Virus record (IMG/VR): IMGVR_UViG_3300025894_001094 | Location: 1-60,067 of that record | Source: a virus | Taxonomy: Duplodnaviria; Caudoviricetes | DNA length: 60,067 bases | Strand: one strand, 5' to 3' | Shown here: piece by piece, positions 1 through 10,184 of the stretch | Layout: each line of letters opens with the position of its first letter | Position numbering within the stretch: position 1 is the first letter of the stretch | Notes under the pieces: generated by a model | What the model saw: only the letters and a program-made list of their open reading frames with translations | Told to the model about the DNA's origin: nothing | The model's database searches: none | Position numbers and translations under genes: made by a program

Positions 1-660
1 AAAGTTTCCAGTAAAAATAACATCGTCGATAAAGTTACCAGTAAAAATAACGTCATCGATAAAGTTACCTTGGTAGGTTTCATCTGATATAAAGTTTCCA
101 GTATAAATAACATCGTCGATAAAGTTACCAGTAAAAATAACGTCATCGATAAAGTTACCTTGGTAGGTTTCATCTGATATAAAATTACCGGTAAAAATAA
201 CATCGTCGATAAAGTTACCGGTAAAAATAACATCGTCGATAAAGTTACCTACAAAGTTACCGGTAAAAATAACATCGTCGATAAAGTTTCCGGTGTATAT
301 TTCATCTGATATAAAGTTTCCGGTATATATCTCATCTGATATAAAATTACCGGTAAAAATAACATCGTCGATAAAGTTACCAGTGTATATCTCATCTGAT
401 ATAAAATTACCAGTATATATCTCATCTGATATAAAATTACCGGTAAAAATAACGTCATCAATAAAGTTACCAGTGTATATCTCATCTGATATAAAATTAC
501 CGGTAAAAATAACGTCATCGATAAAATTGCCTTCATAGGTTTCATCTGATATAAAGTTTCCGGTGTATATTGCATCTGATGTAAAGTTTCCGGTAAAAAT
601 AACATCGTCGATAAAGTTACCGGTAAAAATAACATCGTCGATAAAGTTACCAGTAAAAAC
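1..660 (-). repeat. Coding 30-bp tandem repeat array (21 full units plus a 12-bp partial unit) encoding IDDVIFTGNF / ISDEIYTGNF / ISDETY(Q/E)GNF
   Basis: Units such as aaagttaccggtaaaaataacatcgtcgat repeat at 30-bp period. The 12-bp insert at 241-252 keeps frame. Much of the variation is synonymous. Confidence 0.95.
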
Positions 661-2004
661 TTGTGTATAATCTATTGTGTTTTCATACTCACCAAGATAA
701 TCCGCAGAGTATTCAGCAACATATGCTGCTAAATCAGATGTAAACTGTGCTACATTTCTGGTATCAATAGCATAACCTCTTGGAACCCAAACACCAGAAG
801 TCGTGGGAGAACCTTGAACCGAAGATCTTAACTCGTATGTACCAATACCGCTATCTTTGATAACTTGCCTTGCTCTTTGTCCAAGAGTTTCCGAAAGTAT
901 TGATTCTGATCCTTCTTTAAGACCAGAAAAATTACCTTGATTACCACCTGTTCTTTCGATGGTCATTGCTTTTGCGGCAAGTGGTTCTGTACCACTAGTA
1001 CGAACATAGATCGAGTAATTTAGTGTTGTTCCGTCAGAACGAGTATCCGAGATAATGTCCGAAATAAAAGCAGTCCAATCTCCGCTTGGTGCACTAGATG
1101 CTAAACGAAAAACTCCTGGGTACTCATTGTTCATAACGGTTTTAACTAACCGTTTAACTAAAATATCAAGTTCAGCATCGTCCATTTCTTTGATGCCGGG
1201 AGGGGTAAGAGTTTTATCCCATTGAACTAAACCGCGCCAGTTAGCACCTGCTCTTGTAGTAGGAGTTCCGGATAAATTTTGGTATATTGTGGTATTAGTA
1301 GTAGTGACTTCTGGGTTACTAGACTCACTAGGATCAAGAACGGTAAGCGTATTAAAAAAGAATTCGTCAAATGCATCATCAGGAGTAGATTCCTCATCAA
1401 TTGCATTAACACGCGAAGAAATTACTATATCCCCTGCTTGCTGTAAAATCAAAAACCAAGTGACGGTGAATGTCTGTTGACCTGATATGACAGTGGGTTC
1501 TCTCCAAGCAACGAATCGTCCTGTTTCTGTCTGTTCAGTTGGTGATATACTTTCAGGATAAGAAACTCCGCCTTGCTGTATACCGTTAATTTCAAACCTT
1601 AATAAATTACCGAGGTTTTCGACCTGACCTCCGGAATAAATGTCAGTGTCCATGGTTGTGGTGAATGTTATTGTGTCCCCTACGTATGCGTTTGTAGGAG
1701 TGTTCGATCCTGTCAAAGAATTAAAAGAAACATCAATAGGTTGAGCAACGCCACTTCTTGTGACATCAAATAGAACTGTGCCCAAAGTGTGGGTAGTAGA
1801 AGAAATGGTTCCTGAACTAGAAAATTCGGTATTAGAAAAACTTCCGATAGAAGTTTCAGTGTTATCAGTTGACAAGACTGCCACGTCTGACGTAGCAGAA
1901 GTACTTAAATGTATGCCAGCACGATAAGCAAGATAATCTTCATCAGAGAGAGTTAACTCTTGAAGTGCTCCGTTACCTAAACTTTTTAATGGGCGTGATG
2001 ACAT
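1..2004 (-). CDS. Virion structural protein with C-terminal 10-aa tandem repeats; 3' end beyond the left edge (not in ORF track)
   Basis: ATG at 2004 (MSSRPLKSLGNGALQELTLSDEDYLAYRAG...). Frame read by hand stays open to base 1. TATAAATA late promoter at 2033-2040. Lies downstream of baseplate genes. Confidence 0.8.
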   Translation of the reverse strand, partial: MSSRPLKSLGNGALQELTLSDEDYLAYRAGIHLSTSATSDVAVLSTDNTETSIGSFSNTEFSSSGTISSTTHTLGTVLFDVTRSGVAQPIDVSFNSLTGSNTPTNAYVGDTITFTTTMDTDIYSGGQVENLGNLLRFEINGIQQGGVSYPESISPTEQTETGRFVAWREPTVISGQQTFTVTWFLILQQAGDIVISSRVNAIDEESTPDDAFDEFFFNTLTVLDPSESSNPEVTTTNTTIYQNLSGTPTTRAGANWRGLVQWDKTLTPPGIKEMDDAELDILVKRLVKTVMNNEYPGVFRLASSAPSGDWTAFISDIISDTRSDGTTLNYSIYVRTSGTEPLAAKAMTIERTGGNQGNFSGLKEGSESILSETLGQRARQVIKDSGIGTYELRSSVQGSPTTSGVWVPRGYAIDTRNVAQFTSDLAAYVAEYSADYLGEYENTIDYTQVFTGNFIDDVIFTGNFIDDVIFTGNFTSDAIYTGNFISDETYEGNFIDDVIFTGNFISDEIYTGNFIDDVIFTGNFISDEIYTGNFISDEIYTGNFIDDVIFTGNFISDEIYTGNFISDEIYTGNFIDDVIFTGNFVGNFIDDVIFTGNFIDDVIFTGNFISDETYQGNFIDDVIFTGNFIDDVIYTGNFISDETYQGNFIDDVIFTGNFIDDVIFTGNF

Positions 2005-2032
2005 GTATAAATTTCAGAATAATGTATCCTTC

Positions 2033-2040
2033 TATTTATA
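2033..2040 (-). promoter_or_regulatory. T4-type late promoter TATAAATA
   Basis: Exact consensus, intergenic, about 30 nt upstream of ATG 2004. Confidence 0.8.
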
Positions 2041-2044
2041 CAAT

Positions 2045-3088
2045 TTAAACAAAGTTGTTGTTGATCCATTCTGTGTTGCTACTGTGAAATGATAACACAT
2101 ATTTGATATTGCGAGTAGGGTCAATGCCATATATTTTTTTACCTGTATCGGGATCTATTCTTAAAGCAGTCCAATCTATATCAAAATGTGATCCAAATTT
2201 ATAATCTTTGTTGGCATGTAAAACTTCAACTAACTCAGGATCAGGATATCTTATTACTGCATATTCAATGTTCTCAGCACGTTTTTCTATGTTATATAAA
2301 TTGGGAACAAAATAAATCTTTTTGAAATGCTGGTGCATTTCAATCATCCCTGCTTTTTCGGACGCTGCGGCATATTCATCTACCGTACAAGTTGCCAAAA
2401 AATTTAACCAATCGACTACGGTGGAAAACTTGGTTTTCAGAGAGTTTGACATATTCATCATGGATGATCTTGCAGTAGCATCTGCCACATCTTCTTCAAT
2501 TACGTTCAGATCTTTAATTACTAACTCGCCTCTTACTCTGAACGGAAACCCATGAACTTTGCCAAAGGTAAGAATTGACATCATAATAAGATAAGTAAGT
2601 ACGTTATGTTTATTACCGGTATGATCAGGGTGTATTCCACTCGAATGCGGTTTTACGAACCATTCATTTAATGCTTCTATTGGTAAACCGAATATTTGCA
2701 GTTTCTTTGCAGTATGCATTTTATGCATAGACATCACTCTAAACCCGATATCTACGTCATCATCATTCGAGAAAATTAAACCAACGGATAAAAGATGAAC
2801 CGCATCTCTGTATTTGATACCTTTAGACGCAGGATTTTTTCGAGCTTGACGTTCCATTTCTTCATCGGAAACTATTTCTTTTGGAAAACTATCGTTAAAC
2901 AAATATAAGAAAAAATTAGTTTCGCCGCATGCCCACTTTGCTAGGTTCTCCGCATGTAAACTGAATTCATTACCAGTGCCTGTATTAATGGTTCTACCGT
3001 CATCAACGCATGAAGCAATAAATGCTTGGTCGATTGGTGTACGAGCAAACCTCCATTTATAACCAGGTCCAGCAAAATATTTTGCCAT
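2045..3088 (-). CDS. Hypothetical protein (347 aa)
   Basis: Long ORF with TAATG coupling to the upstream gene; no motif recognised. Confidence 0.75.
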   Translation of the reverse strand: MAKYFAGPGYKWRFARTPIDQAFIASCVDDGRTINTGTGNEFSLHAENLAKWACGETNFFLYLFNDSFPKEIVSDEEMERQARKNPASKGIKYRDAVHLLSVGLIFSNDDDVDIGFRVMSMHKMHTAKKLQIFGLPIEALNEWFVKPHSSGIHPDHTGNKHNVLTYLIMMSILTFGKVHGFPFRVRGELVIKDLNVIEEDVADATARSSMMNMSNSLKTKFSTVVDWLNFLATCTVDEYAAASEKAGMIEMHQHFKKIYFVPNLYNIEKRAENIEYAVIRYPDPELVEVLHANKDYKFGSHFDIDWTALRIDPDTGKKIYGIDPTRNIKYVLSFHSSNTEWINNNFV

Positions 3089-3330
3089 TATAATTTCCTA
3101 CTAATTTGACTTAACAGAGTTTTTATGTCTTGCATATCATCTTCTAACATTTTAATCTTATTTATAAGAGCATTTTGTTCTTCTATTTTTTTAAGAGCAT
3201 CAGCATGCCGTTTTCTTGTTTCATTGAAACCCTCAAAATCCATATTAATTATGGCACCACTAGTTTTATCTCTGTACAAATACTCATATCCCTCAACGGG
3301 TTGATAGTTATCCCAATTTATATTATACAT
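3088..3330 (-). CDS. Small coiled-coil hypothetical protein of the type found after DUF4815 genes
   Basis: LYRDKTSGAIINMD then heptad-rich C-terminus; translationally coupled. Confidence 0.7.
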   Translation of the reverse strand: MYNINWDNYQPVEGYEYLYRDKTSGAIINMDFEGFNETRKRHADALKKIEEQNALINKIKMLEDDMQDIKTLLSQISRKL

Positions 3331-6300
3331 TATACTAAGAATGTCCTATGTTGAATTTTACCTACTTGAGGAACAAATGCCTGAGACGACGATTTCATAA
3401 CCACTTTAACTTGTGACTCAGTAAATTTAGGTAAATCGTTTGCTTGGATTTTAATGTTTCTAAATGTCTGAGTGTCATCATCTTTAACAATAGGAGTAAC
3501 AGGATCAACTTTTATCCAATCTTTATCGAGTATGTTTTGACCCGTCATAACTGCTCTATAATAAAAATCCAAGTTAGCAACCTTCGGAACATTCGCATCA
3601 ATTTTTACTTCTAAACTTTCGGAAGGTTCAGGCGTTTTAATTGGTGTAGTAACATGTTTAGATGGACTTGAGGTTCCGCTTGCTAAGGTTTCTTCTGCAT
3701 TGTCTATGTAATCCCCATTCGCTGCGTCGAAATCATCAATACAGTTTTGAACTAACGTCATAGATGCTCTTTGCAAGTCTACAATGGGAGAAACAAAATC
3801 AGACGATGATTTCAGATCTACTTTAACATCCATAGAAAACCCGCCATTGCTGTTAATAGACTGTCCGTTATAAGGTCGAAGATTTCCAGAACCATCATAT
3901 TCTTCTTCTGCTCGTTGAGCAATGACTTTGGGTTCATTAAAATCTTGATTCTGATCTGGTACAATTCTAGTATACGTTTGTTGTTTCGTAAACTTAGTAC
4001 TATCTGTAGTAGTAGTGCTATTGCCGCTCATTGATTGACCAGTAGTATACCTTGCAGATATATCGATAGAGCATTTATTTGGGACTACCGTTTCTATTTG
4101 TGGATTACAAGTAGTGAAATGTACATTCCTTGAACTTAACACTTCTGTCCCACCAACAGTCAGATTACCCGTAATTGTCGGCACAGAAAAAGTAAATCCA
4201 CCAGTATCTGCTTTAACCACCGTGTGGGTACCATTCAAATCTGTATCTGCTACCCCAGATCCTGATAATCCAGTATTTGATACACCAGATATAGTTACTA
4301 ACTCACCAGCATGTAATCCGTGACAATCGTGTTTAACGTGAGCAACGGATTGTCCGTTCTTTAATACAATAGGGTCTTTGTTCAGAAGTTTTGCTGGAAC
4401 AACAGCATTACGTAATACCAAAGAAGCATTGGTATCAAAAACTGCTCTGTTGATAACCATAGCAAGATCAAGTTCTTTTGAGGACCCTGCTCTTCCTGTT
4501 TGTGGTAAGAACAATTTACCGTTTGCTGATTGTGTAGAAACCGTTACACCAGTAGATCCTACTTTATATTCTCCTGCTTTTGAACACCAAACTTTGTAAG
4601 AAGGGGATGCTGTCTTAACTACAACCGCATATTCTGTACCGGGATCTAAGTATGCAGGTTCTTCGAACAAAAAGTTTGTTGCGACAGACACATCTACGGA
4701 TGTATTGACAGAACCTTTTTCTAATGACACAGTAGTTCCGGGAACAACAGTGTTTCCAGGTTTCCCGTTTTTCATGTCTAGGATTTCAACGGTAACTGGT
4801 GCGTCTTCTTCATTACCTGGTTTAGAAGAAAAATAAAGATCAACAGAGGTAACTACTACGCCGTACTGATTGTCTACTGTGAAACTTTGAGCAAAGGGAT
4901 AAGATATATCCTGATCAGGCAATATTGATGTTCCTGCTTGACTATTTTGATCAACTGCGATATAATCAGACAATACCGTTGATAACTCAGGCACATTGGA
5001 AGGAATAACAACAGGAGAGAAACTGCCACCCCAAATCCCTGAAATATGAGGTTCAATCATATTGACTGATGATGGTCCAACATCGTCTAAATATTTTTTT
5101 ATTTCTGCCGCATTGAAGGATCGTTTAATCCTATCTTGACCCCGAAGTTTTTGTTTTGCAGGAGTTCTTGTCGTAGTCATATGATCTTGACGAGTATCGA
5201 TCATTCCTGCCGCGTTATAGATGGCACTTGCATAACTACCTGCTTGATTAATGTCATTAACAGTAATATCTAAAAGTTTAAACTCTTTTTTCCCTGCCTT
5301 AAATCTAAAAGGTAAGTTAGCAACGATATTAGGTATCCCTATACCAGAAGTTGTAAATGTTTGTCTTATATTTGGAATGTAAAAAGAACCTTCTACAAAA
5401 CCTTTTGAGTCTGAAAGAATTTCAGCAGAACCTTCCGGATGACCCGTAAGAAACTTCTGCCCTTGGTTACCTACATCATCAGTTCTATTTGCATATCTGG
5501 TAAAGGTTTTACCGCCTTTACACCAATCTGAAACATTAACACCGTCAAAGAAAGGTGTAAACTTAGTGTTAGGTTTTAGTCCAGATACTTTAAAGAAAAT
5601 TTCACGAGATCGTATCCATGGAATAATTGCTGCATCTAACACTCGCCCACGTTTGCTTATACGTCGAACAGTCTCGCTAGAAATAACTCGGTTGACGTGG
5701 CCACCAGATGCAGTTAAACGTCTACGACCACCTCGTGAAACGTTTCTTCGTTTCTGTTGAATAAGTTGTCTTCTTCCACCATAAGGTCTAGAAATAACTG
5801 GTTCAATTTCAAGGTCTTCTATTGCCCTTCCACCCCAGTTCCATTGCCATGAGTTATAAAGAAGTGCTTCTCTTGGGTCAAGTCTTGCTCCACCAGGAAC
5901 AACTCTGGTACCAATCTGCTCTGATTTCCATTCGTCTGATGATGGACTTAATGTCATGTCACCGACATTTGATGACTTGCTGTTAGCGTTAATAGCAATA
6001 TCTCGTGTTCCGAGAGGTTGAGAAATCCAAGCATCCGTTACATAGTTGAGGTATGCGTTATCACCTTTGACTAGAACATTTTTAGAACTAAAAACATCGG
6101 CACCTTCATCAGCACGATATATTAATCTTAAATTATCTCCTGAAAAACAAGGTCTAATGACTTTATTTTCTGGATCTAATGCAGCACAATAATCATTATA
6201 AAGCGTGTCAGATTGAGTTTGATCAGTAGCATCGTCAATTAATATGCCAGTTTCATTTTTAGGAATTCCAGTAGCTTCATCTAACAAGGGATTAAGTTTT

Positions 6301-8717
6301 GCTTCAAGTTCTGCATATGTTAATGAGTAAAGTTCTTCTAAACTATCTAATTTTCTTTCTAACTTGGCAATGTCTGCCATCGTGTATCGTTTATGCTCGA
6401 CAAATGTAGTGTTGATGTCATCAGGACTCAACGTGTTTGGGTTCATTACAATCTTGTAAAGTTCTAAGGCATTCTCTGGGGTCTTTTTGAACAAAGGTTG
6501 TTCATCTTGTTGACCCATAAGAATCTGAAACTCACCGTCTTCGGTAGCAATTAATTTATCTGCTCGTGAGAAATAGAACGAAGATTCCAACTGAATAGGT
6601 TGTGCTTCTACCGGAGGTATCGACGAGATATAATTAGTTTCTTTTTTGCCCCTGAAATCTACAAAATCTCTCAGATTGACTACCGTACCATCTGACATTC
6701 TATGTTCTGGTATTTGCGTATAATCGATATTGACATATGAAAGAAAATCAAAAAACCTTCCTTTGAAAGAGGGATTCGCAAGTTCGTCATTTCCATGTTC
6801 AAAGAAATTGTATGTTACCTCAACTGTTACGCTTGCAAAGGTTTTATTTGTATTGTCAATTATTCTACCAAAAGAATAATGTGTATCTCTTGATCCGTTA
6901 TCAATGATAAAGTTTTCTGTAATATCGTTACCACCAGAAGTGACTGTGGTGAGATCGTAGAGATCATATTTTGAAAGTTGTGCTTCACCGTCAGAAGAAA
7001 GAGTAACAGTTTCAGTATGAACAGTTAGAGTCTTAGTTTTTCTCTCTACGGGATTAACACTTGCTCCTCTAAGAATGTCTGCTACAACATAATAGGTTCC
7101 GTCTGCCAAACCCGTAAGCGTAAATGTTGCGCCATTATCAGTAATAGTTACATCTACACCGGAAACCAGAGCATCTCCTGATGCTTGACTAAACACTGCC
7201 CATGATGTTTCATTAACATAAGTGTCATCACCGGTTGCCAATGCTTGGGAACTGGTTGCTGTTCCACCAACAACGACGAGAGTATATCCTCTTTGATACT
7301 GATATCGATAATTAGTTAAATTTTGTGGTCTGGTTTTGGAAAGAGGAAATAAAGACGTAGATTTATTAGCATCAACCAACTGACCTGCATTTTTCAAACG
7401 GAAAAAACTTGTGTTATTATTGTAGGTCGATGCTGAACTGACATTCGTAAATGAATTACTACCAGTAAGTTCGATCCTGTCTAAGTATGCTCTAAAAACA
7501 CCGGGTGAGTGATATGCAATCGATTTAACGAAAGCAGTTCCTATGGTTACAGTACCGCTTGCATCTGAGCATAAATTGACTTTAATTGCTCCATCTGCAT
7601 CACCAAAGTCTATAAATTTACTAAACTCAAATAATACGTAAGAACCGTAATCCACAGGAATGAAGTCTTGTGCATTTCCGGTGTATGCTTGTGGACGAGG
7701 CACTTTTAATTTGAGAGGATATTCATTCTCTACACGATAACCCCTAACGTAAGCAAGTCCGGGTGATACAATAGCAAAGATGTCAGAGTCTGTGCTATCG
7801 TCATCTTCGAATGTCAGTTGAAACGGTTCTGCAAGATAGTTGCCTGACTCTTCGTATGTACGTCGAGCAATCATATCATTGATAGTATTGTAACTATCTA
7901 ACTCATCTACTTGTTCCACAATTTTTGAGTTAATGATTCTGCATAAAAAGATAAAAGAATCATCAGAAGTTAAAGTAGGATCATCTTTGTCAACTAACGT
8001 AAGTCTAATTCTCCACCGATCAGCACCTGGAGCAGCAACATTAGGGTTGTCTCCGCTATTATCATAGAGCGCGGTGGTGTCGTTTACTGTTACAACATCC
8101 TGTTCAATTTTAAACCCAATAGTTCCAGTGTAGTTACGTGAAGTCGGATTAATAATTAATCCTTGTTTCCTTGCGTATACAAACCTTCCTGCCGCAAAAA
8201 AATCACCAGCATCAACATATAATTTAACACCAGCACCAACAGCAGAGGTTGCAGTAACTGTGTACTCTCCTGAGTTTAATGAATCAAGAGCAGAGAACTG
8301 AACCTCCGTTGTTCCGGGTGTTGTAGCACCCGAATCGGTGTATCGAATATACACTCTCCATGTGCTATTGGCAACAACTTCGATAGGATTTTCTAAAACA
8401 ATTGCTTTAACGCCAGCAGCAGTTGATAACTCGCTACCAATTGTGAGTTCATCTACTTCTGCACTACCATTTTCGAGAACTACAAATTTATAATTGTTAT
8501 CAATTTCTAATGTACCAGCATCAACTGCCGAACCTTCTTTAAATATGTTCCTTCCGAACCGAGAAATTTCTTCTTGAATAATGGTTTGCATCTGAGTAAG
8601 TTCTCTTGCTTGAAGAGATCTACCGGAATTGAACAATATTTTATGATAGCCGTCAGAGTCAACCCAATCGTCACGATAGGTGGTTGATAGAGTAGTGCTA
8701 TTAAATGTATTTGGCAT
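3330..8717 (-). CDS. Large baseplate-associated structural protein, VrlC/DUF4815-like (1795 aa)
   Basis: YRDDW..YHKILFNSGRSLQARELTQMQTI, APGADR, ARRTYEESGNY, KRYTMADIAKLERK, FAQSF motifs; follows gp8. Confidence 0.85.
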   Translation of the reverse strand: MPNTFNSTTLSTTYRDDWVDSDGYHKILFNSGRSLQARELTQMQTIIQEEISRFGRNIFKEGSAVDAGTLEIDNNYKFVVLENGSAEVDELTIGSELSTAAGVKAIVLENPIEVVANSTWRVYIRYTDSGATTPGTTEVQFSALDSLNSGEYTVTATSAVGAGVKLYVDAGDFFAAGRFVYARKQGLIINPTSRNYTGTIGFKIEQDVVTVNDTTALYDNSGDNPNVAAPGADRWRIRLTLVDKDDPTLTSDDSFIFLCRIINSKIVEQVDELDSYNTINDMIARRTYEESGNYLAEPFQLTFEDDDSTDSDIFAIVSPGLAYVRGYRVENEYPLKLKVPRPQAYTGNAQDFIPVDYGSYVLFEFSKFIDFGDADGAIKVNLCSDASGTVTIGTAFVKSIAYHSPGVFRAYLDRIELTGSNSFTNVSSASTYNNNTSFFRLKNAGQLVDANKSTSLFPLSKTRPQNLTNYRYQYQRGYTLVVVGGTATSSQALATGDDTYVNETSWAVFSQASGDALVSGVDVTITDNGATFTLTGLADGTYYVVADILRGASVNPVERKTKTLTVHTETVTLSSDGEAQLSKYDLYDLTTVTSGGNDITENFIIDNGSRDTHYSFGRIIDNTNKTFASVTVEVTYNFFEHGNDELANPSFKGRFFDFLSYVNIDYTQIPEHRMSDGTVVNLRDFVDFRGKKETNYISSIPPVEAQPIQLESSFYFSRADKLIATEDGEFQILMGQQDEQPLFKKTPENALELYKIVMNPNTLSPDDINTTFVEHKRYTMADIAKLERKLDSLEELYSLTYAELEAKLNPLLDEATGIPKNETGILIDDATDQTQSDTLYNDYCAALDPENKVIRPCFSGDNLRLIYRADEGADVFSSKNVLVKGDNAYLNYVTDAWISQPLGTRDIAINANSKSSNVGDMTLSPSSDEWKSEQIGTRVVPGGARLDPREALLYNSWQWNWGGRAIEDLEIEPVISRPYGGRRQLIQQKRRNVSRGGRRRLTASGGHVNRVISSETVRRISKRGRVLDAAIIPWIRSREIFFKVSGLKPNTKFTPFFDGVNVSDWCKGGKTFTRYANRTDDVGNQGQKFLTGHPEGSAEILSDSKGFVEGSFYIPNIRQTFTTSGIGIPNIVANLPFRFKAGKKEFKLLDITVNDINQAGSYASAIYNAAGMIDTRQDHMTTTRTPAKQKLRGQDRIKRSFNAAEIKKYLDDVGPSSVNMIEPHISGIWGGSFSPVVIPSNVPELSTVLSDYIAVDQNSQAGTSILPDQDISYPFAQSFTVDNQYGVVVTSVDLYFSSKPGNEEDAPVTVEILDMKNGKPGNTVVPGTTVSLEKGSVNTSVDVSVATNFLFEEPAYLDPGTEYAVVVKTASPSYKVWCSKAGEYKVGSTGVTVSTQSANGKLFLPQTGRAGSSKELDLAMVINRAVFDTNASLVLRNAVVPAKLLNKDPIVLKNGQSVAHVKHDCHGLHAGELVTISGVSNTGLSGSGVADTDLNGTHTVVKADTGGFTFSVPTITGNLTVGGTEVLSSRNVHFTTCNPQIETVVPNKCSIDISARYTTGQSMSGNSTTTTDSTKFTKQQTYTRIVPDQNQDFNEPKVIAQRAEEEYDGSGNLRPYNGQSINSNGGFSMDVKVDLKSSSDFVSPIVDLQRASMTLVQNCIDDFDAANGDYIDNAEETLASGTSSPSKHVTTPIKTPEPSESLEVKIDANVPKVANLDFYYRAVMTGQNILDKDWIKVDPVTPIVKDDDTQTFRNIKIQANDLPKFTESQVKVVMKSSSQAFVPQVGKIQHRTFLV

Positions 8718-8725
8718 GACTTATC

Positions 8726-10153
8726 CTAGAAAGTGATAACTATTTTTATATCTTCGGTTTGGTTTATGTCCCTTTGAATAGGAGAGATATTATCTATGTA
8801 TAATAGTTCCCCAGAGAAAATATCAATTGCGGGATCTGTTTGATTAGCAGGAGAAGAAGATACGGCACCACTCAAAACAAATTGAGAAGTGCTTTGTGTA
8901 ACAGTCTCCCCCTGTTGAAAGGTTCCGTATCCTGTCTCGGGTGTTTGATGGTAATATAAGTTATTGGTAGCAGCATCGTAAAAATCTAGAATTCCTTTTG
9001 CATTACTATTACCACCAGTAATTTCATTGTCTTCAACTACTGATCCAGTTACCGATATCGTTTGCAAAGCACGGTTTGCTTTTGAAGTGTTTCCTGTAAA
9101 AGCATCAGATGAATTGTATTTTGATGGATCTCTTATTAAAAGAACTTGTCGAAAATCGTTTTCTGTTAATAACGTATCGAACTCATCGTTCTCAAAATCT
9201 GTGGTTACAATAATTGAGTTTGCTCTGAGAGTATTAACAGGATCTGTTTCTACTCCTGCTCTTGGTCCGATAACTGCTCTTAAAGTAGCGTCTTCGGTAG
9301 GAGTTTGAGAATCGTCTAATGCAATAGAAGCAAAATCATAATCTTTCCCAAAATTAGTAATTCTAACATATTTTATTACACCACCAACAGTATCGACTGT
9401 TGCGGTTGCTCCGGTGCCATTTCCTAATATGGTAGCAGTAGGTCCACTGCTTGAATAACCAGCACCACCATCATCGACTTTAATAGTCAATATTTGTCCA
9501 GCAGTACCATCAGTTGATCCTGGGTTAGGTTGGTTGCTTCCCAATTGTTGTATTTGATATTGTTGCGTTTGAACATCACCATCAGAAGGATCTATTGTAA
9601 AGGTGGTGACTGGCATATAATTTAAGGTAAGGAACCTATTGATTGCTACCTGACTCAAGGTGAATAAATGCCGCCATATGTATCCGGTTTCACAAAACGC
9701 ATCAGCAGTTTCAAGTTCGTTTTCATTTGCTTCGATCGGATTGTTAATATACCCAGCACCGCTATTTAGTGCAGCAACGGTAGGTTCAACGGTACTATCT
9801 TGGACAACGCCAGCAGCATTAACACCTTGTTGGATGCACAGAAACACCTCATAGTTACTATTCATTACGTAAGGAAGTACTGTTTGGTTGTTATCATCAT
9901 ACGATGGGTAAATTGTATCGGATGACCAATCTTGTCTTGTAACTGCGGCAGAAACGCCAGTAGCAATTTTAACGTGTTGACAAGCAGATCGAGCAGACCT
10001 TCCGTATTCAAAGTCTTGACGAGGTTGTTCAGGAATATCGCCAACACCGGGCCAAGGGGAGGATCTTCCCAGACCAATATAAAGACCAGTATTAAAAGTG
10101 TTATCGGTGTCTTTAATAAGTTGGTTGATAAATTGTCTTGTTACGACTGCCAT
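8726..10153 (-). CDS. gp8: Baseplate wedge subunit gp8
   Basis: LYIGLGRSSPW, YVMNSNYEVFLC, GYIWRHLFT, NDFRQV, SGELLYIDN..I.R..NQTEDIKIVITF. Confidence 0.9.
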   Translation of the reverse strand: MAVVTRQFINQLIKDTDNTFNTGLYIGLGRSSPWPGVGDIPEQPRQDFEYGRSARSACQHVKIATGVSAAVTRQDWSSDTIYPSYDDNNQTVLPYVMNSNYEVFLCIQQGVNAAGVVQDSTVEPTVAALNSGAGYINNPIEANENELETADAFCETGYIWRHLFTLSQVAINRFLTLNYMPVTTFTIDPSDGDVQTQQYQIQQLGSNQPNPGSTDGTAGQILTIKVDDGGAGYSSSGPTATILGNGTGATATVDTVGGVIKYVRITNFGKDYDFASIALDDSQTPTEDATLRAVIGPRAGVETDPVNTLRANSIIVTTDFENDEFDTLLTENDFRQVLLIRDPSKYNSSDAFTGNTSKANRALQTISVTGSVVEDNEITGGNSNAKGILDFYDAATNNLYYHQTPETGYGTFQQGETVTQSTSQFVLSGAVSSSPANQTDPAIDIFSGELLYIDNISPIQRDINQTEDIKIVITF

Positions 10154-10176
10154 TAAATGTTTCCTTTATATCCCAT

Positions 10177-10184
10177 TATTTATA
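10177..10184 (-). promoter_or_regulatory. T4-type late promoter TATAAATA upstream of gp8
   Basis: Exact consensus overlapping the gp6 stop codon. Confidence 0.7.

Noticed and set aside
102-109. TATAAATA on the + strand
   Set aside because: Arises from one repeat variant (Ile-Tyr codons), antisense to the gene, with nothing downstream
249-635. ORF-track ORFs 249-635 (-) and 293-538 (+)
   Set aside because: Alternative-frame shadows of the repeat; the real frame is the long ORF from 2004
1-660. CRISPR array or DGR template/variable repeat
   Set aside because: Units are contiguous with no unique spacers and keep a reading frame; no cas or reverse transcriptase gene is in the window
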